Source: Amoebidium appalachense (lineage: Eukaryota > Protista > Ichthyosporea). Taken from it: a stretch of 64,000 bases of DNA. Shown here piece by piece: positions 45,900 through 61,862 of the stretch. A model generated the notes under the pieces. The model was not told where the DNA came from. It made no database searches and was given only the letters and a program-made list of their open reading frames with translations. How positions within the stretch are numbered: the stretch's first letter is position 1; the number at the start of each line of letters is the position of its first letter. A program made the position numbers and the translations under genes. The stretch is from positions 6,631,962-6,695,961 of the forward strand of contig CAVNZM010000007.1 of assembly GCA_963693365.1 (NCBI GenBank), given 5' to 3'.

Positions 45900-47169
45900 A
45901 AGCGTATATATGTCGTGCTCTGTAACACTCTGATGTCTGATACATGAGTTCTCCCAGAACTTCGGGAAGGCATTCGGGAAGGCAGTGCTTTGAAGCGGAC
46001 CGAGGTATTCACACGTCAACAATCAATCATATGGCTTTGATGCGTGTGCTTTTGCAAAGAAAATCTCACCGGATTACAATGTAAGGCAACTAATTTTGTG
46101 ATCATTAGATAATCTTTTTTATACGTTCCGAACTCATAAGAAAATGCCTACAGGAGTTAGTTGATTGATCGTTTCATTCGTTTGTTTTGCCATGGGTGAG
46201 CACGGGTGTCCGACTGTCCGTGACGATTCTGACGAACGTGTATATATTGGAATGCGCAAGTGTAAACAACCTGTCCAATCACATAGCGAGGCTTTAGTTC
46301 GCCAATCACAGTTTAGTTGCTTCTAGATTGTCAATAAAAGTTCGAATACCGTTGCAAACAAAGTGCGTTGCTAAAGATATGTTCCTGTCTTTAAATTACA
46401 GCATTAGACTTTTACGCTTATCTTTTACTGATTGGAAGCTCGCTGTGGATATACTTCATTGCTATTCAATTGCTGCACAGCTTGATGATGGTCATGTGTT
46501 GTTGGACGCGATTTGTGAGTGGAATGTGGAAGATGCCAGATGCAGGGTAGGAAAATTCCTGGATAGATAACGGTCCGATCATGGGACGCCGGGATGTACA
46601 GCGCAAATACACTTTTCATCTTTATGCAAAAGATGTGCCAAAAGCCCCTAAAGACCTTTATAAATGTAATGTTAAAATTGTTGTGCGTAACCCCCTGTAG
46701 TGTTATTTCTGTCTGAAGTGGTAAGCATGTGGTTTAGCGAGGCTGTGATTATGTGTGATATCGCTAACAATGACATTCCATCAACTTCCGTGATCGTTCA
46801 TTGGTCAAACTTCATTATCCAATAGGATCCCAGCAGCGCAGATATAATGCCATGCCGGGCCCGAAATGTTCACTTCGAACACATACTCGCTTCGAAACGC
46901 TTTACATTTGACCTGTTTGTGTCACTGTACTGTAGTGCCCTACACGCGTTGTGTCGCCGAATCTTCAGGCTTTATTTGAAAACAAAGACATCTTTCGACC
47001 GTTCGTTTTTTCTTATCTCTCGTACCCCTTGCGAACATATACATCATCCGGCTTGCGTTAATTAATTCTAATTTTAATTACTAAAACACTCTATAAGCTT
47101 GTCTTGGAGAATTGAACTTTTCTTTTGTCCTCTACTGACTGCATAATTGCTAACCAGCTGAAACTAAAA

Positions 47170-48288
47170 ATGCTGTCTCAGCCAATTGCATCCTGGGCCG
47201 TATTCCTTCTGGCTGCCCATGCCACCGTCCCAGTGAGCGCAGCACCTACAACACCACAACAAACCCCTTCTATTCCTCTCAATGTGAACATACAAGTCTA
47301 CCGTCAGGGGCGTGCATGCTACAGCAGCAACATCGAACCGTGTATGAACCAGACAGCACTAAAAACCAACCCCCTGTGCTATGAAAACTCATCCAACACA
47401 CGCGACCCCATCCTCACAGACTACGGTGTCAAGGCATCCAAAAACACTGCCAAGTGGCTGCAGCGCGCCTGGGAAAAGGGGTTCACCAAACGTCCTGATG
47501 TTGTCTTCACATCTGCACTACTGCGCGCAACAGAAACCGGATTCTACACTTTTCCCCAGTTCACCATCTACCAGGCTCCATACCTCGCAGAGTGCGAATA
47601 CGGTTCAAGAACCAACGAAACTCTCCGCCGCCTGCCAGGGAGCCCCTCCGGGACACCCATTACACCTTCCGACCAGTTTGAAGCTCTTAAAGAAGTAACA
47701 GACGATGAAGAAGACCTTGCACGCATCAACTACACATATGTGAACCAGTGGGCGGGCGTAAACTGCTCTGGGCCGGAACTTATCACCTCGGGCGAGCCGC
47801 GGTGTCTCGCCGGAACGTGGCAGACCTTTCTCGGTTGGTTGGCAAATGTGCTCGTGCAAAACCCCCCCACACCGGAGTTGGCCGGGAAAGTGTTGAACGG
47901 TGAAGATGTTACTGTTGCCGTCGTGACTCACGGCGATTATATTGGAGAGATGGTGTTTGAGAGAGACTATGAGGAATGGGATGGGGCTTTTAACAACCAG
48001 GGCTACGAAACCGTTCACCTGCTCGATAAAGAGAAAAAGACTTTGACTCGCGCAGACGGAAAAACGGGGCCTTGGCCTGCCGCGTTTGGTGCTCCCGGGG
48101 CGACGAAGATATGTAAGGAGAGTAAGGGTGGGTTTATGGTGATGAACGATGATTATGATGGGGTGATTGATTTTATGGGCCGGTGCATCAAGAGAGAGCC
48201 TGAGTTGTACACTAGAGAATTTGTGGATGCGTGCTTTGGAAACTGGGCTGGGATGGCAGACGACCGTGATGATTACTGGAAGAACTGA
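47170..48288 (+). CDS. Secreted histidine-phosphatase (phosphoglycerate mutase-like) superfamily protein with RHG changed to RQG, intronless
   Basis: Signal-peptide-like N-terminus MLSQPIASWAVFLLAAHATVPVSA; motifs VYRQG, DPILTDYG, VFTSALLRATET, PYLAE, VAVVTHG. Confidence 0.8.
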   Translation: MLSQPIASWAVFLLAAHATVPVSAAPTTPQQTPSIPLNVNIQVYRQGRACYSSNIEPCMNQTALKTNPLCYENSSNTRDPILTDYGVKASKNTAKWLQRAWEKGFTKRPDVVFTSALLRATETGFYTFPQFTIYQAPYLAECEYGSRTNETLRRLPGSPSGTPITPSDQFEALKEVTDDEEDLARINYTYVNQWAGVNCSGPELITSGEPRCLAGTWQTFLGWLANVLVQNPPTPELAGKVLNGEDVTVAVVTHGDYIGEMVFERDYEEWDGAFNNQGYETVHLLDKEKKTLTRADGKTGPWPAAFGAPGATKICKESKGGFMVMNDDYDGVIDFMGRCIKREPELYTREFVDACFGNWAGMADDRDDYWKN

Positions 48289-50536
48289 GACGTGTTCCCC
48301 GGGGGGGGGGAGGGGGGGAGGGGGGAGGGGGGGGGGGGGAGGGGGAGGGGGGGAGGAGGGGGGGGGGGGGGGGGGGGGGGGGGTAGCAACAGTGCTATCA
48401 AAGTATTGCAGGTAGTGTATTACTGTGAATATTTTCTCCGGCAAAAGTGAGATCTGGCTGAGAACAAAATGGAGAAGACTCACGGGAAAAAAAATAGTAA
48501 GGTTGAGTGTACTTTTCTCTTTAAATATTTGGAATTGGCTGTTGCATCATAATGAAGAGACCGGCAACAACATTCCTTTTTTTATGTGCCCCAGGAGCTC
48601 GATTAGACAATGGTGAAGAATCCCATATATCTAAGAACCGGGCACTGCCAGTAGCTTTTAAGCAATGACATCGCACACATGTACCAAGAAAGCAATCGAC
48701 TTGAACACAATCCGCGTTTGAAAGAGGGACTTGACAGACTCTCTGAGATTGAGATTACGAATCTCACGTGCAAACATGCACACAGTCAACACGCACAAAG
48801 TCACGAACAAACCCAGCGCACATGCATCCCCCCCCCTTCGATTTCTGCATGACATCCCCCCTCCCCCCACCCCCCCCTCCCCCCCCCCCTCCCCCCCCCC
48901 CCCCCCCTCCCCGTGCGCGCCCTCGGTCGAAGTTCCCTGTGACCCTGCAGTCCCCTCCCCTTTAGCACGTAATTCTACTTCACCTTGGTCATTTTTGTTC
49001 ACACAGTTTATATCGACATGATCGTTTGTGTTGTGTCATCCCTATCCCCCCCCCCCCCCCCCCCTCCCCCCGGCCCCCCCCCCCCTTCCCTGTGTGTGTG
49101 TGTGCGCGCGTGTGTATGTACGTGGGTGTGTGCGCGCGTGCGCGTGCGTGCGTGACGGGGGGGGGGGACCCCCAGGGGGGGGGGGGGGGGGGGGGCTCCT
49201 GGGTGGGTGGGCGGGCGGGGCGGGGGGGGGGGGAGGGCAGGGAGAGGCGGGGAAGGGGGGGCCGGGGAGGGGGGGGGGAAGGGGGGAGGTGCACGCAAGC
49301 ACGCGCACGCGCACGCACACACGCGCGCGCGCACAGCCACTGGACGGGTTCTGCATTCTCCGTGTCCATAGCTGCGCTCAATCATTCATTACCCACGAAA
49401 AGGTTTTCCAAGAGTCCCCGGTATTAGCTAAAAAAAAAAAAAAAACATCCTAACTTTCATGTTTCTCATATCTAGCTCTATGTCACCATATCTTTGAGCT
49501 TTGGCCCCGGGGGGAGGGGAGGGGGGGGAGGGGGGGGTAGTATTATCTAGGAAGATTGCATATAACAGTTGAGCGTAATGAACAGACAGAAAACAACAAC
49601 AGAGGTCGCATGCAGAAGCAGTCCTGGGAAGGTCGAAAACTTGGGAGAATCCGTTATCATATGTGCACCTGGGAATATGGGGTCGGGGGGGGGGTCGGGT
49701 TCCCTTGAGATTCTCTTACTCCCAGCGGATAGTGTGGGAGGAAATTTGAAAGAGTGTAAATCATGTAATATTGGAATCGTGTGCAAATTCCTCGCCAGTT
49801 GCCAGGCCCTACCGTTGAGTAATCAGAGTTCTAGTATTTTCGTGAGCATTTAGCCTACATAGATAGGCGCTGTGTTTTTCTTTCCCATGCATTGCATTCT
49901 TTCTACCAGATGACTGCATTTGGGGACCAGGTGTGCACCCCCCATCCCCCCCCCTCCCCCCCTCCCCCCCCCCCCCCCCCCTCCCCTCCCCCCCCCCCCC
50001 CCCCCCCCCCCCCACAACCACCACCACCACCACCCACCCATCCATCCACTTACCAACACACAAACTCACACAAACCAGTATCATGCCCCCACCACCACAC
50101 AGGATTCGAAAACAAGAGTAAATAACTTGGTAAACATTGTTTATAATATAATAATTATTCCGCAGCGAGTCAGGAGTTAAGTTCAGTGTGCCGTGTTTTG
50201 CTCGTTGGTGTGCCGGTTCCCCTGGATCACCAACTTAAGCTTGGCTTTCACCCCCTACACACCCCTCGTTATTCTATTTAGATTTTTGTTCAATGATTTT
50301 CAAGTTCATTTATCGTATGTCAATAGGTTATATTTTCTTGTTCTTTCTTCCTTCTTTTCTTTTTTTCTTCCTTCCTTTCTTGCTTTCTTTTTTTTTCTTT
50401 TTTTGTAGGGGGGGGGGGGGGGGGGGGGAATACATACAGCACAAAATTTAAAGTGAACTTCAATTATGGACGTAGACGGGTGGGTAGATGAATGGCATTG
50501 ATTAGCTTCCTTTTGCACGGTGGTGGAGGTGTGGGC

Positions 50537-50594
<58 letters not shown>

Positions 50595-50692
50595 GGGGAG
50601 GGGAGGGAGGGAGGGAGGGGAAGAGGGGAGTAGGAAGCAGGGGTAGGGTTAGCGACAGTCTGATGCAAGTGTTTATGAGTTTGTGGAAAGTT

Positions 50693-50769
<77 letters not shown>

Positions 50770-51065
50770 GGGGGGGGGGGGAGGGGGGAGGTGCCGGGGG
50801 GGGGGAGGGCCGGGGGGGGGAGGGTGGAGGGATTGGGGGGCAGTCTCAGAGCCACTACGTCCGTCATTCAGGGCACGTTGTATACAGACCCAGTCACATA
50901 GAAAAACGTGCAACGCGGCTTACTCATGGTGGGACATCAGTTCAACTTAAGCTTCCCAGTCGTGTACAAACTGAACAGGCACTTTGGGCCAGACAAGTCC
51001 TAGGCGAAAGCTCGGTGGGGTGGTGGTGGTGGTGATTGCGACGGTGTGTGTGTATGTGTATGTGT

Positions 51066-51118
<53 letters not shown>

Positions 51119-51750
51119 GGGGGGGGTTGAGGGGGAGGGGAGGGGGGCACCAAAATAGTCATTGTGTTGTCCAGTTCGATTTAGCGCGCCTCCGGTATCT
51201 TCTCGGTAGCGTGTGCACATGAGGACTGATCAAGCTGGAAGTGAGATTCTCAAACTGAAAAACACGATATCAAAAACATCCCCGGACTCAGAGAATCAGC
51301 CAATTGATTCACCGAATAACACGATCATTATCGTAGCTAGACACTAGCTCTCAGTCCCAAAACAAAAAGGTTGACGAGAAACATCAGCACACACGTCAGA
51401 CTGAGTTAATCATTTGTTGCTCTTGATGTTACTGAATCGAGTGCTTATAAACCAACACAAACCCACTCATTTTTTCACTTCCCCAACCCCTTGAAAGTTA
51501 GTTTTAAACTTCGAGTTATCGTTTCCATTTACAGGTTGGTGGATTGCCATTCGAATCCCCCACGCCTGGAACCGGCTTTACTTGCTTTCCACTGGTTTAA
51601 TCACTTCTTCCCTCCTCCCCCCCCCCCCCCTCCCCCCCAGTCCCCCCTCTCCCCACACACACATACACACACCTGTTTTTTTCGCTGACTTTCTCTGCAT
51701 TGCGTTTTAGCACACCAGTCACTCAGTTTGCGGGAGCTCTTGGGCTTCTT

Positions 51751-51781
<31 letters not shown>

Positions 51782-52626
51782 GGACAACCTTACGTGTGAA
51801 CTAACTCGGAAAGTTCCACCTACTTTCAAATGTGCTGTAGTGCAAGTGGGATGTTTATCGTTTCGGACACAACAAGCCTGCGCAAAGTTCTGTGTATCTC
51901 CTGAAACCCCACCCAACTTCTACTTTCGTGTTTTTCCTTCTTGCACACCATGTTAACCGTAGTGAACACGTAAGGGGCTGCCGCGCAGTTGTCATTTCTA
52001 CTTGTTGAAAGTGAGTCACAGTGGGAAAACCGAACACGTGATTTACGTCAATCGAGTTGATTACACACACACGATTACTCCTGTAATAGGAATTTGTATT
52101 AGAGTGGGTCTTTGACGAGCGAACTTTCCTTATACCATACAATGGTCTTTTTTGCGTGCCGCAAGTACTACTTAGGCTGAGACAGAGCACTTTGGTGGCG
52201 TCACATGTTTTTCAAGTAACATCATAAGGGAAGCCACAGAAATTTGACTCCTTTTTGCCAGTAACTATTTCAAAGACTCACGTCGGCACCCCACCCACCA
52301 CCCACCACCATCCAAAGTTTGGCCCGTTTACCATTTACAGAGGAAAAGTTAGTGCACAAAAATAAGGACTTATCCACCCACACACAATTAACCTTTTTTC
52401 TCTAGATCCATCTTGGGTCGGTGATTTCTTAATAATACCTTAATATCCCATCCCCTCCCCCCCCCCCCCTCTCCCTCGCCCCCCCCCCCCCCCCCCCCCC
52501 CCCCCCACCCACCCCACACACACACACACACGGCACCTGCCTCCCCCCCGCCTCCCCCCCTTCCTCTCCCCCCCCCCCCCCCCCCCAGCCGCTCCTCTAC
52601 TCCCATTGCCCACATCCAGGCACACC

Positions 52627-55018
<2,392 letters not shown>

Positions 55019-56099
55019 CGGTCTCTCTCCGGCCCCTCAGATTTCCCCGGCTTCAATGAGGCTGTTGCAAATTTCTACGCACTTTGCTGGCTGATGGGTT
55101 AGAACCAAGAGATATTCGATATTTTTGATCTTTTGGGGGGATATCACCTTGTGGTGCAATGATTCGACGGGTGAAACAATATTTTGACCTTTTTTGGGTG
55201 CCCGAGACTGAATATCAGGATGGTGGTATCAAACCGGCTGGGTCATCGATGATGGTGGCCGGAAATAGGATCATGGAATTTCGTTTGGGTGGGTGGTGGT
55301 GGTGGTAATAGTTGTTTTGAGGGGGGGAGGGGGGAGGAGGCTCAAGTGTATACAGTATGGCGTACATGTGTACATTAGGTGTAAAAGAGGGGCATCTGTA
55401 CCTGTACAATGGAAAAAAAATCCGACACCTTTAGGGTCCTTTACTTGTGACTGCTGTACAGCATGATGAGACAAAATATCAGTGTTGTCTTGAGTAAAAG
55501 AGGTTGGAAATACATATGACGGACACCTCGAAGGCTCAAAAATCAAAGTGAAAGCCTCTCCGGCTCTCAACCCCCTCCCTCCCTCTTTCCTCCCTCCCTC
55601 CCTCCCCCCCCCCCCCCCCCCCCCCCCTTCTTTTTATTCCCCCCTCCCCTCAACGCCCTTTATCCCGTCCACGATATAAGTTGCCGTAGGGTAAAACATG
55701 TGAATGAAAGCTCGTATGACTTTGAAAGTATGCATGATAGGCCGCATGATTGTTAGGCGCCACGTTTGTTTTGAACAACGTCTGTTTGACATCCCCTGAC
55801 AACTTAAATATACAGGACAGAACTTATGTACCAGTTACCACACCATCTACATAACCGCTTCAATGACATACCAGGTCATACTGCATCCGGCTTTCTCCAA
55901 TAACCTTTCGCAATACTAAAGTTTATAATCAACCCTCGTGGCACCCATACTCCCTTTCGTCCATCTCGATGTGTTGGTCCCACTGCGCAGCCGGTTTTTT
56001 TTTTTTTTTTTTTTTTTTTGTTGCAACCTTGGTTTGTTGTTTGTTGTGCCGCGAACTCCCCCTAGTGCTCACGTTTCAGTAATAGCGCCTGAGGGTATG

Positions 56100-56776
<677 letters not shown>

Positions 56777-57289
56777 TGTTTGGGAGAGGAGAAGGGGGGG
56801 AGGGGGGTCAAGGAAGAGAAGTGGACAAAAATCACGACTGAGAAACCAAACCCCACCTCCCCACCTCCGCCCCCTTCTATCTCACTTCCTCCTCCCCCCC
56901 CCCCCCTCCCCTCCCCCTCTCAGCCCACAAATGGGCACACAACACTGCTGCCCCTCCCCCCTCCCCCTCTTTGACCCTCTCTCCGAGGCTCCCTCGTTGG
57001 TTGTCTCTGTATCAGAGACCCCCCCCCCCCCCCCCCCCCCCAGGTTGTCCCTCTCTGTCCCTCTCCGAAAAATGGGTCTCTGAGCTCCTCCCCTTCTTTC
57101 CTGTTCTTGGGGCTCCCCCGCCGCCCCACTCTTCCCCCCTCCCTCTCTTTTGAGCTCCCCCTCCTTGTTTTCTGGCGAGCTAACGGTCAGATGGGAAAAG
57201 AATTGCGGCTGACAGATCCAGGCTGAAAACATTCAAACCCACCCTTTTCATACCGTACACATACACCACTCTCAGACGAGTTTTCGGAG

Positions 57290-57323
<34 letters not shown>

Positions 57324-57454
57324 ACCCCCTCCCCTCCTCCCCCTCCTCTTCCTCCGCACCCCTTTCACAGTACACGCGCATGCCACCATCCGAGTCTGGA
57401 CTCCCCCCCATCCCCCCCGGCCAACATTAATAACGATCTATATGTATGTATGTA

Positions 57455-57488
<34 letters not shown>

Positions 57489-57687
57489 GTTTAATCAACG
57501 AAAGGGCGCATCTGCTCACGTGCATATAGGCTATTTTTTTTCTATTGTATATTCCACTAACATTCCACCTCAGAGTCTTAGACTAACATCCTTCCATCTT
57601 CATACACAACTCTGAAGAACCCACCGAGCCCTGCACTGGGCAGATCCTTCACCTTGCGCATACAAAAAACAGCCTTTTTTCTTTGCT

Positions 57688-57760
57688 TGAGCTTTCGACT
57701 CTCATTCTCCCTTAGTCGTCGGCTTCGAGCTTTCCACTGTCATTCTCCCTCAGTCGTCAG
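57688..57760. repeat. 2 x ~39-bp tandem repeat
   Basis: gagctttt?cgact(c/g)tcattctccct(t/c)agtcgtc-like unit occurs twice. Confidence 0.65.
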
Positions 57761-58437
57761 TGTGCATCTATTGGATGTCACCTCGTGAACCATCCATAAC
57801 TGCGCTACAAACGTGTTTCAGAAGGTGCCCGTTAGTCATAGTCATCGAGATGTTAGCCTGACTGATAAAACACGCAAAGCTGCAACAAGCCAAAAACATG
57901 TAGACATAAAATGTATTGGCTTCTTCTTGGTAGTAAACGGATCGAGCGAAGGCACGAAAGCGACTGTCACCTACTGAGGTGACTCGTATTTTTCCTTACA
58001 CACACAGCGAACACTGGACTCTCGGGACCGTAGAGCCGCCGCGAGAGAAAGCATGCACGCGGTCGCGAGAGTGTAAGGAAAATGGGTGTGAGGCGAACGG
58101 CAAGTTCATAGCAGCCCAGGCACAGTCAGTACGTGCCAGCGAAAGCGAAGGCCGAGCACAAAGCAGAAAGGCCGAACACAAAGAGTGCATCGATCTGCAG
58201 GCAAATTTCGGCGCCAAATTCGCGGGGAGGCCCACCGCCCTTCAGTAAGGCTTGGGTGTTAGGCAAAAGTTTGAAAAAACTTAAAAAAAGAAAAAAACAT
58301 GGCGAAAAAAAAGATAGGACAACTATGTGAGGAATGCCGCAAAGAGGTCGTGTGTTCAAAGTGTAGCAAATGGAACTCTACGAAGTAGTGTATGGTGCTT
58401 GTACTGTATGTTTCAAGTTGAAGCTGTGTCGACAGTC

Positions 58438-58490
<53 letters not shown>

Positions 58491-59344
58491 GTGTGTGTGT
58501 GTGAGTGTCTGGAAGGAGACATTGTCTGCACTCTGCACACGTGCGAATGCACGCACTACCCCACAAATGTTCAACACTTTTGTGATGTTTGGATAGCCCT
58601 GCCACATGCTATTCTGCCCGGGGTACAAAAAGGTGTTTGCAATCATGATAGCGTATAATTGTATGTTTTCAAACCCCCCAGCCCCCCCCCCCCCCCCCCC
58701 CCCCTTTTTCCCCTGCCCCCTGCTCGCCCCCTCCCCCTCTCCCCGCCTCTTTCTCACAAATCTGCAAGTCATGTGGCTCTCTCAGCTTATCATCCCCCCC
58801 CCCCCCCCCCCCCCTCCCCCCTCCCCCCTCTTCATCTCCCCCCCCCCCCCCCCTCACTATCACCTTAAGTTCTTTTGGAAAGATAGAACTTTAAAAGCCT
58901 CTGCCCGTTACACCCCCATCTCCCCCCCCCCCCCCCCCTCCTGTAGTAGTTTTTTTAAAAAATATAGTGTGTATTAATGTACCCCCACCAACCCAACACC
59001 TGCTGATGTTTACTGATACCAATAACACGTGTTTTTCACAGCAGGGCTCCCATCAAACGCTGCCACCCAGCCATCATCCAATCACAATGACTCTTTGGAG
59101 AACACTCAGGCCAATGAAATCGCAGATCAAAATCAGGATACAAACAATACGCCTACTCTTTCAAATAAAGCACCCACCCCACATATCCAACCACAAATAG
59201 GGGTAATCGGATGTGGCGTAAGTCAGTACGAGTCCCGAACTGACGATGATATGGGTCGGCTGGAGGAGGGTGGTGGGTGGACGGAAGAACAGGTGGGTGG
59301 GGATGGTGGGGCAGCTTTTTTTTATTTTTTATTTATTTTTTTTT

Positions 59345-59376
<32 letters not shown>

Positions 59377-60365
59377 GGGTTCGAGGGGGTTCTTATTTTT
59401 TTTTCCCCCTTCCGTGGGCAAGCAGGTGTGTGGAGAAAATGAGGTTTAAGGGGAGAGACAGGTGTTTTTTCGTGTGTGTGTGGGGAGGGGGAAGAGAAGG
59501 GCAGGCGGAAGGGGGGTGGGGTGAGGGGGGAGGGAGAGGGGCGGGGAGGGGGGGGGGGGGGGTTAAAAACTTCCTCTTAAAAAGCTCAACCAGGGCAAAT
59601 GATTGGCTCTGGTCGTTTTTTTTGCGCACAAGCACACCGGGGATTAATTTTTTTGCTCTGTTTTTTTTTTTTTTACATTCCTTTGCTCTTTTGTTGCTGA
59701 CCTTAATTGCATTGCACTCCCCCCCCCCCCCCCCCCCCCCCCCTTTCCTCCTCCCCCCCCCCCCTCCCCCCCCCCCCCTTTCCCCCTCCCCTCCCCACTC
59801 TAATAACCCACCACCGGCTAACCTACCCTCTACCCTCCCTGATTTCAAGGTGTGTGGGGTGATGGTGATGTCGGTGGTGGTAATGAGGGTTGGGGCCCGG
59901 AGGGGAAAGGGGGAGGGGAGGGGGAGCGGGGGGAGGGGTGGTTAGATTTTAGGCAGACAACGGTTTATCTTATACCCGGTTTGGTTCACATTTGGTTCAC
60001 AGCAGGGGCCCGATTGGATGCCTGATGGTGATTTGGATATGCCTGATCTCCCCTGCGAACATGAGATCAAAATGGAGGTAGAGGAGCCCTTCCCTGGTGG
60101 TTGGCCGGCAGATGTGGCTTCTTTCCATGTCCCCCGTCACTCCACGCAACACATTCGCACACAATCTAGCAAATAAAAAGCAGTCTACCTCGAGCTTTAC
60201 ATCAACTTCTCGTTTCTAGCGCTGTTCTGTTTCTTTTTCTAGCACCGGCAACACTGTTCGAACACGCTATGATCACTCAACAACTCAGTTTCTGCCGTAG
60301 CCAAACCGTTTGGCTCTAAGCACTCCACCCCATAGTATTACGACTTCACTGAAAAGTCCCAACAG

Positions 60366-60989
60366 CCAATGCTGCACCCATTGACCCCCGCAAGCCCAAC
60401 GACTCCGACATGGCCGAGGTCCCCCACCCCGTCACCCTCCAGGGAGAGGCTAAACATGATGACCTGACCAACCTCCCTGCAAAAGGTATAACCCCCCCCT
60501 CCCCCCCCCTTTCCCCCTCGCCGCTTCCTCCCTCTCTCCCTTCCCTCGCCTCCACCGTGCCACTTTCCCTCTCCCCGCCCCTCGGTTACCAATAGGTTGA
60601 AATCTACATCCTTTTTCCATTTTACGCCCTCTGTCCCCATCCTGCCCCCCCCCCCCCCCCCCCCCCCCCCCTCCCCTCCTACAACACACATACACACACA
60701 CGTGTACATACACGGTAGCCTACCCGTTTAGTTGGGTTCCTGCTGTCGTTCCTGTTTCTCTAAGTTCATCTGGCATTCATTCCTTACCTTTCGCTGTTAG
60801 CACTTAGAGCTCTCATAGAGTTGGCAGCAGCGAGTTTTCAATTCAAGATTAATAAATGTCCGGTGCCATATGCCTTTTGGGCACGAGGGTAAACTGTACA
60901 TCATAATACAGAGAATGGTGGCTCAATGGGTGTGCGTGTGTGTTTTTGAGCGAAAGAGAAAAAAGAGATGGAGGGGGGGGGGGGGGGAG

Positions 60990-61022
<33 letters not shown>

Positions 61023-61385
61023 GGAGAGGGAGAGGGAGAGGGGGAAGAGCGAGAATTGCAGTAACGGGAAGCTCTTAAGTAACTAGCTGGTTGTTGGATG
61101 TTAGTCTTATATTGTTTTTATTTTTGTTGTTGGGCAGTTTCAGACGGAGAATGCATGGTGCGGGCGGGGCACAGACCGAGGGGAGAAGGCGGGCTCGATT
61201 GCACGTGCATGTGTTGTGTGTGCGTGTGGGAACAGGAAGAGGGGGGAAAGGGGAGGGGGGAGGGAGGGAGGGAGACAATGCCGTTTATCGGCAGGTTAAG
61301 GCAGGCAGGCTTGCTCGTGATGACTGTCACACAGGTTGATTAGAACATCAACACATTCTCAAACGTGAACATTTTTCATCCCCCC

Positions 61386-61416
<31 letters not shown>

Positions 61417-61515
61417 AAAAAAAAAAAAACTTTGAAGAAAGAAAAAGAAAAAAAAATCTCACTCACCACACCCACACTAGCTTCCCATTCAAATATCGCC
61501 TCCCATTCTAACATA

Positions 61516-61570
<55 letters not shown>

Positions 61571-61862
61571 ACGCACATCCGTCGGCACGCACACACACAC
61601 GCAGACAGCAAGGGAGAGGGTGAGGAGGAACCCAACGTCGAGTGACCTTTTTAAGCGGCTGGCCACAAACCCCCCCAAGACGGCCGGAGGGTATGGGGGG
61701 ACCGGCACGCAGTCCTACCCCATACTCTCTCCTGGGTGCACCACATTGCGAGTGGAGGCCCAGACAAAGGGAGAAAGCGGTGCAGGCCACACCGGAAACA
61801 CGGGAAAGAAGGATATTACGGGGGAAATGGATATGAAAAGCGGGATTGGTGCTGAGCCTTGA
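60366..61862 (+). pseudogene. Partial duplicate of the 52627-55018 gene (exon 2 at 60366-60485, exon 3 at 61605-61862); probably a pseudogene
   Basis: Exon 2 is intact. Exon 3 has a 1-nt insertion near 61642 that creates GAG TGA. No exon-1 homolog was found upstream. Downstream homology continues to ~62590. Confidence 0.65.

Noticed and set aside
51855-52190. MATH-domain-like GWGF motif in a 111-aa ORF
   Set aside because: A single short motif with no other support and no ATG start.
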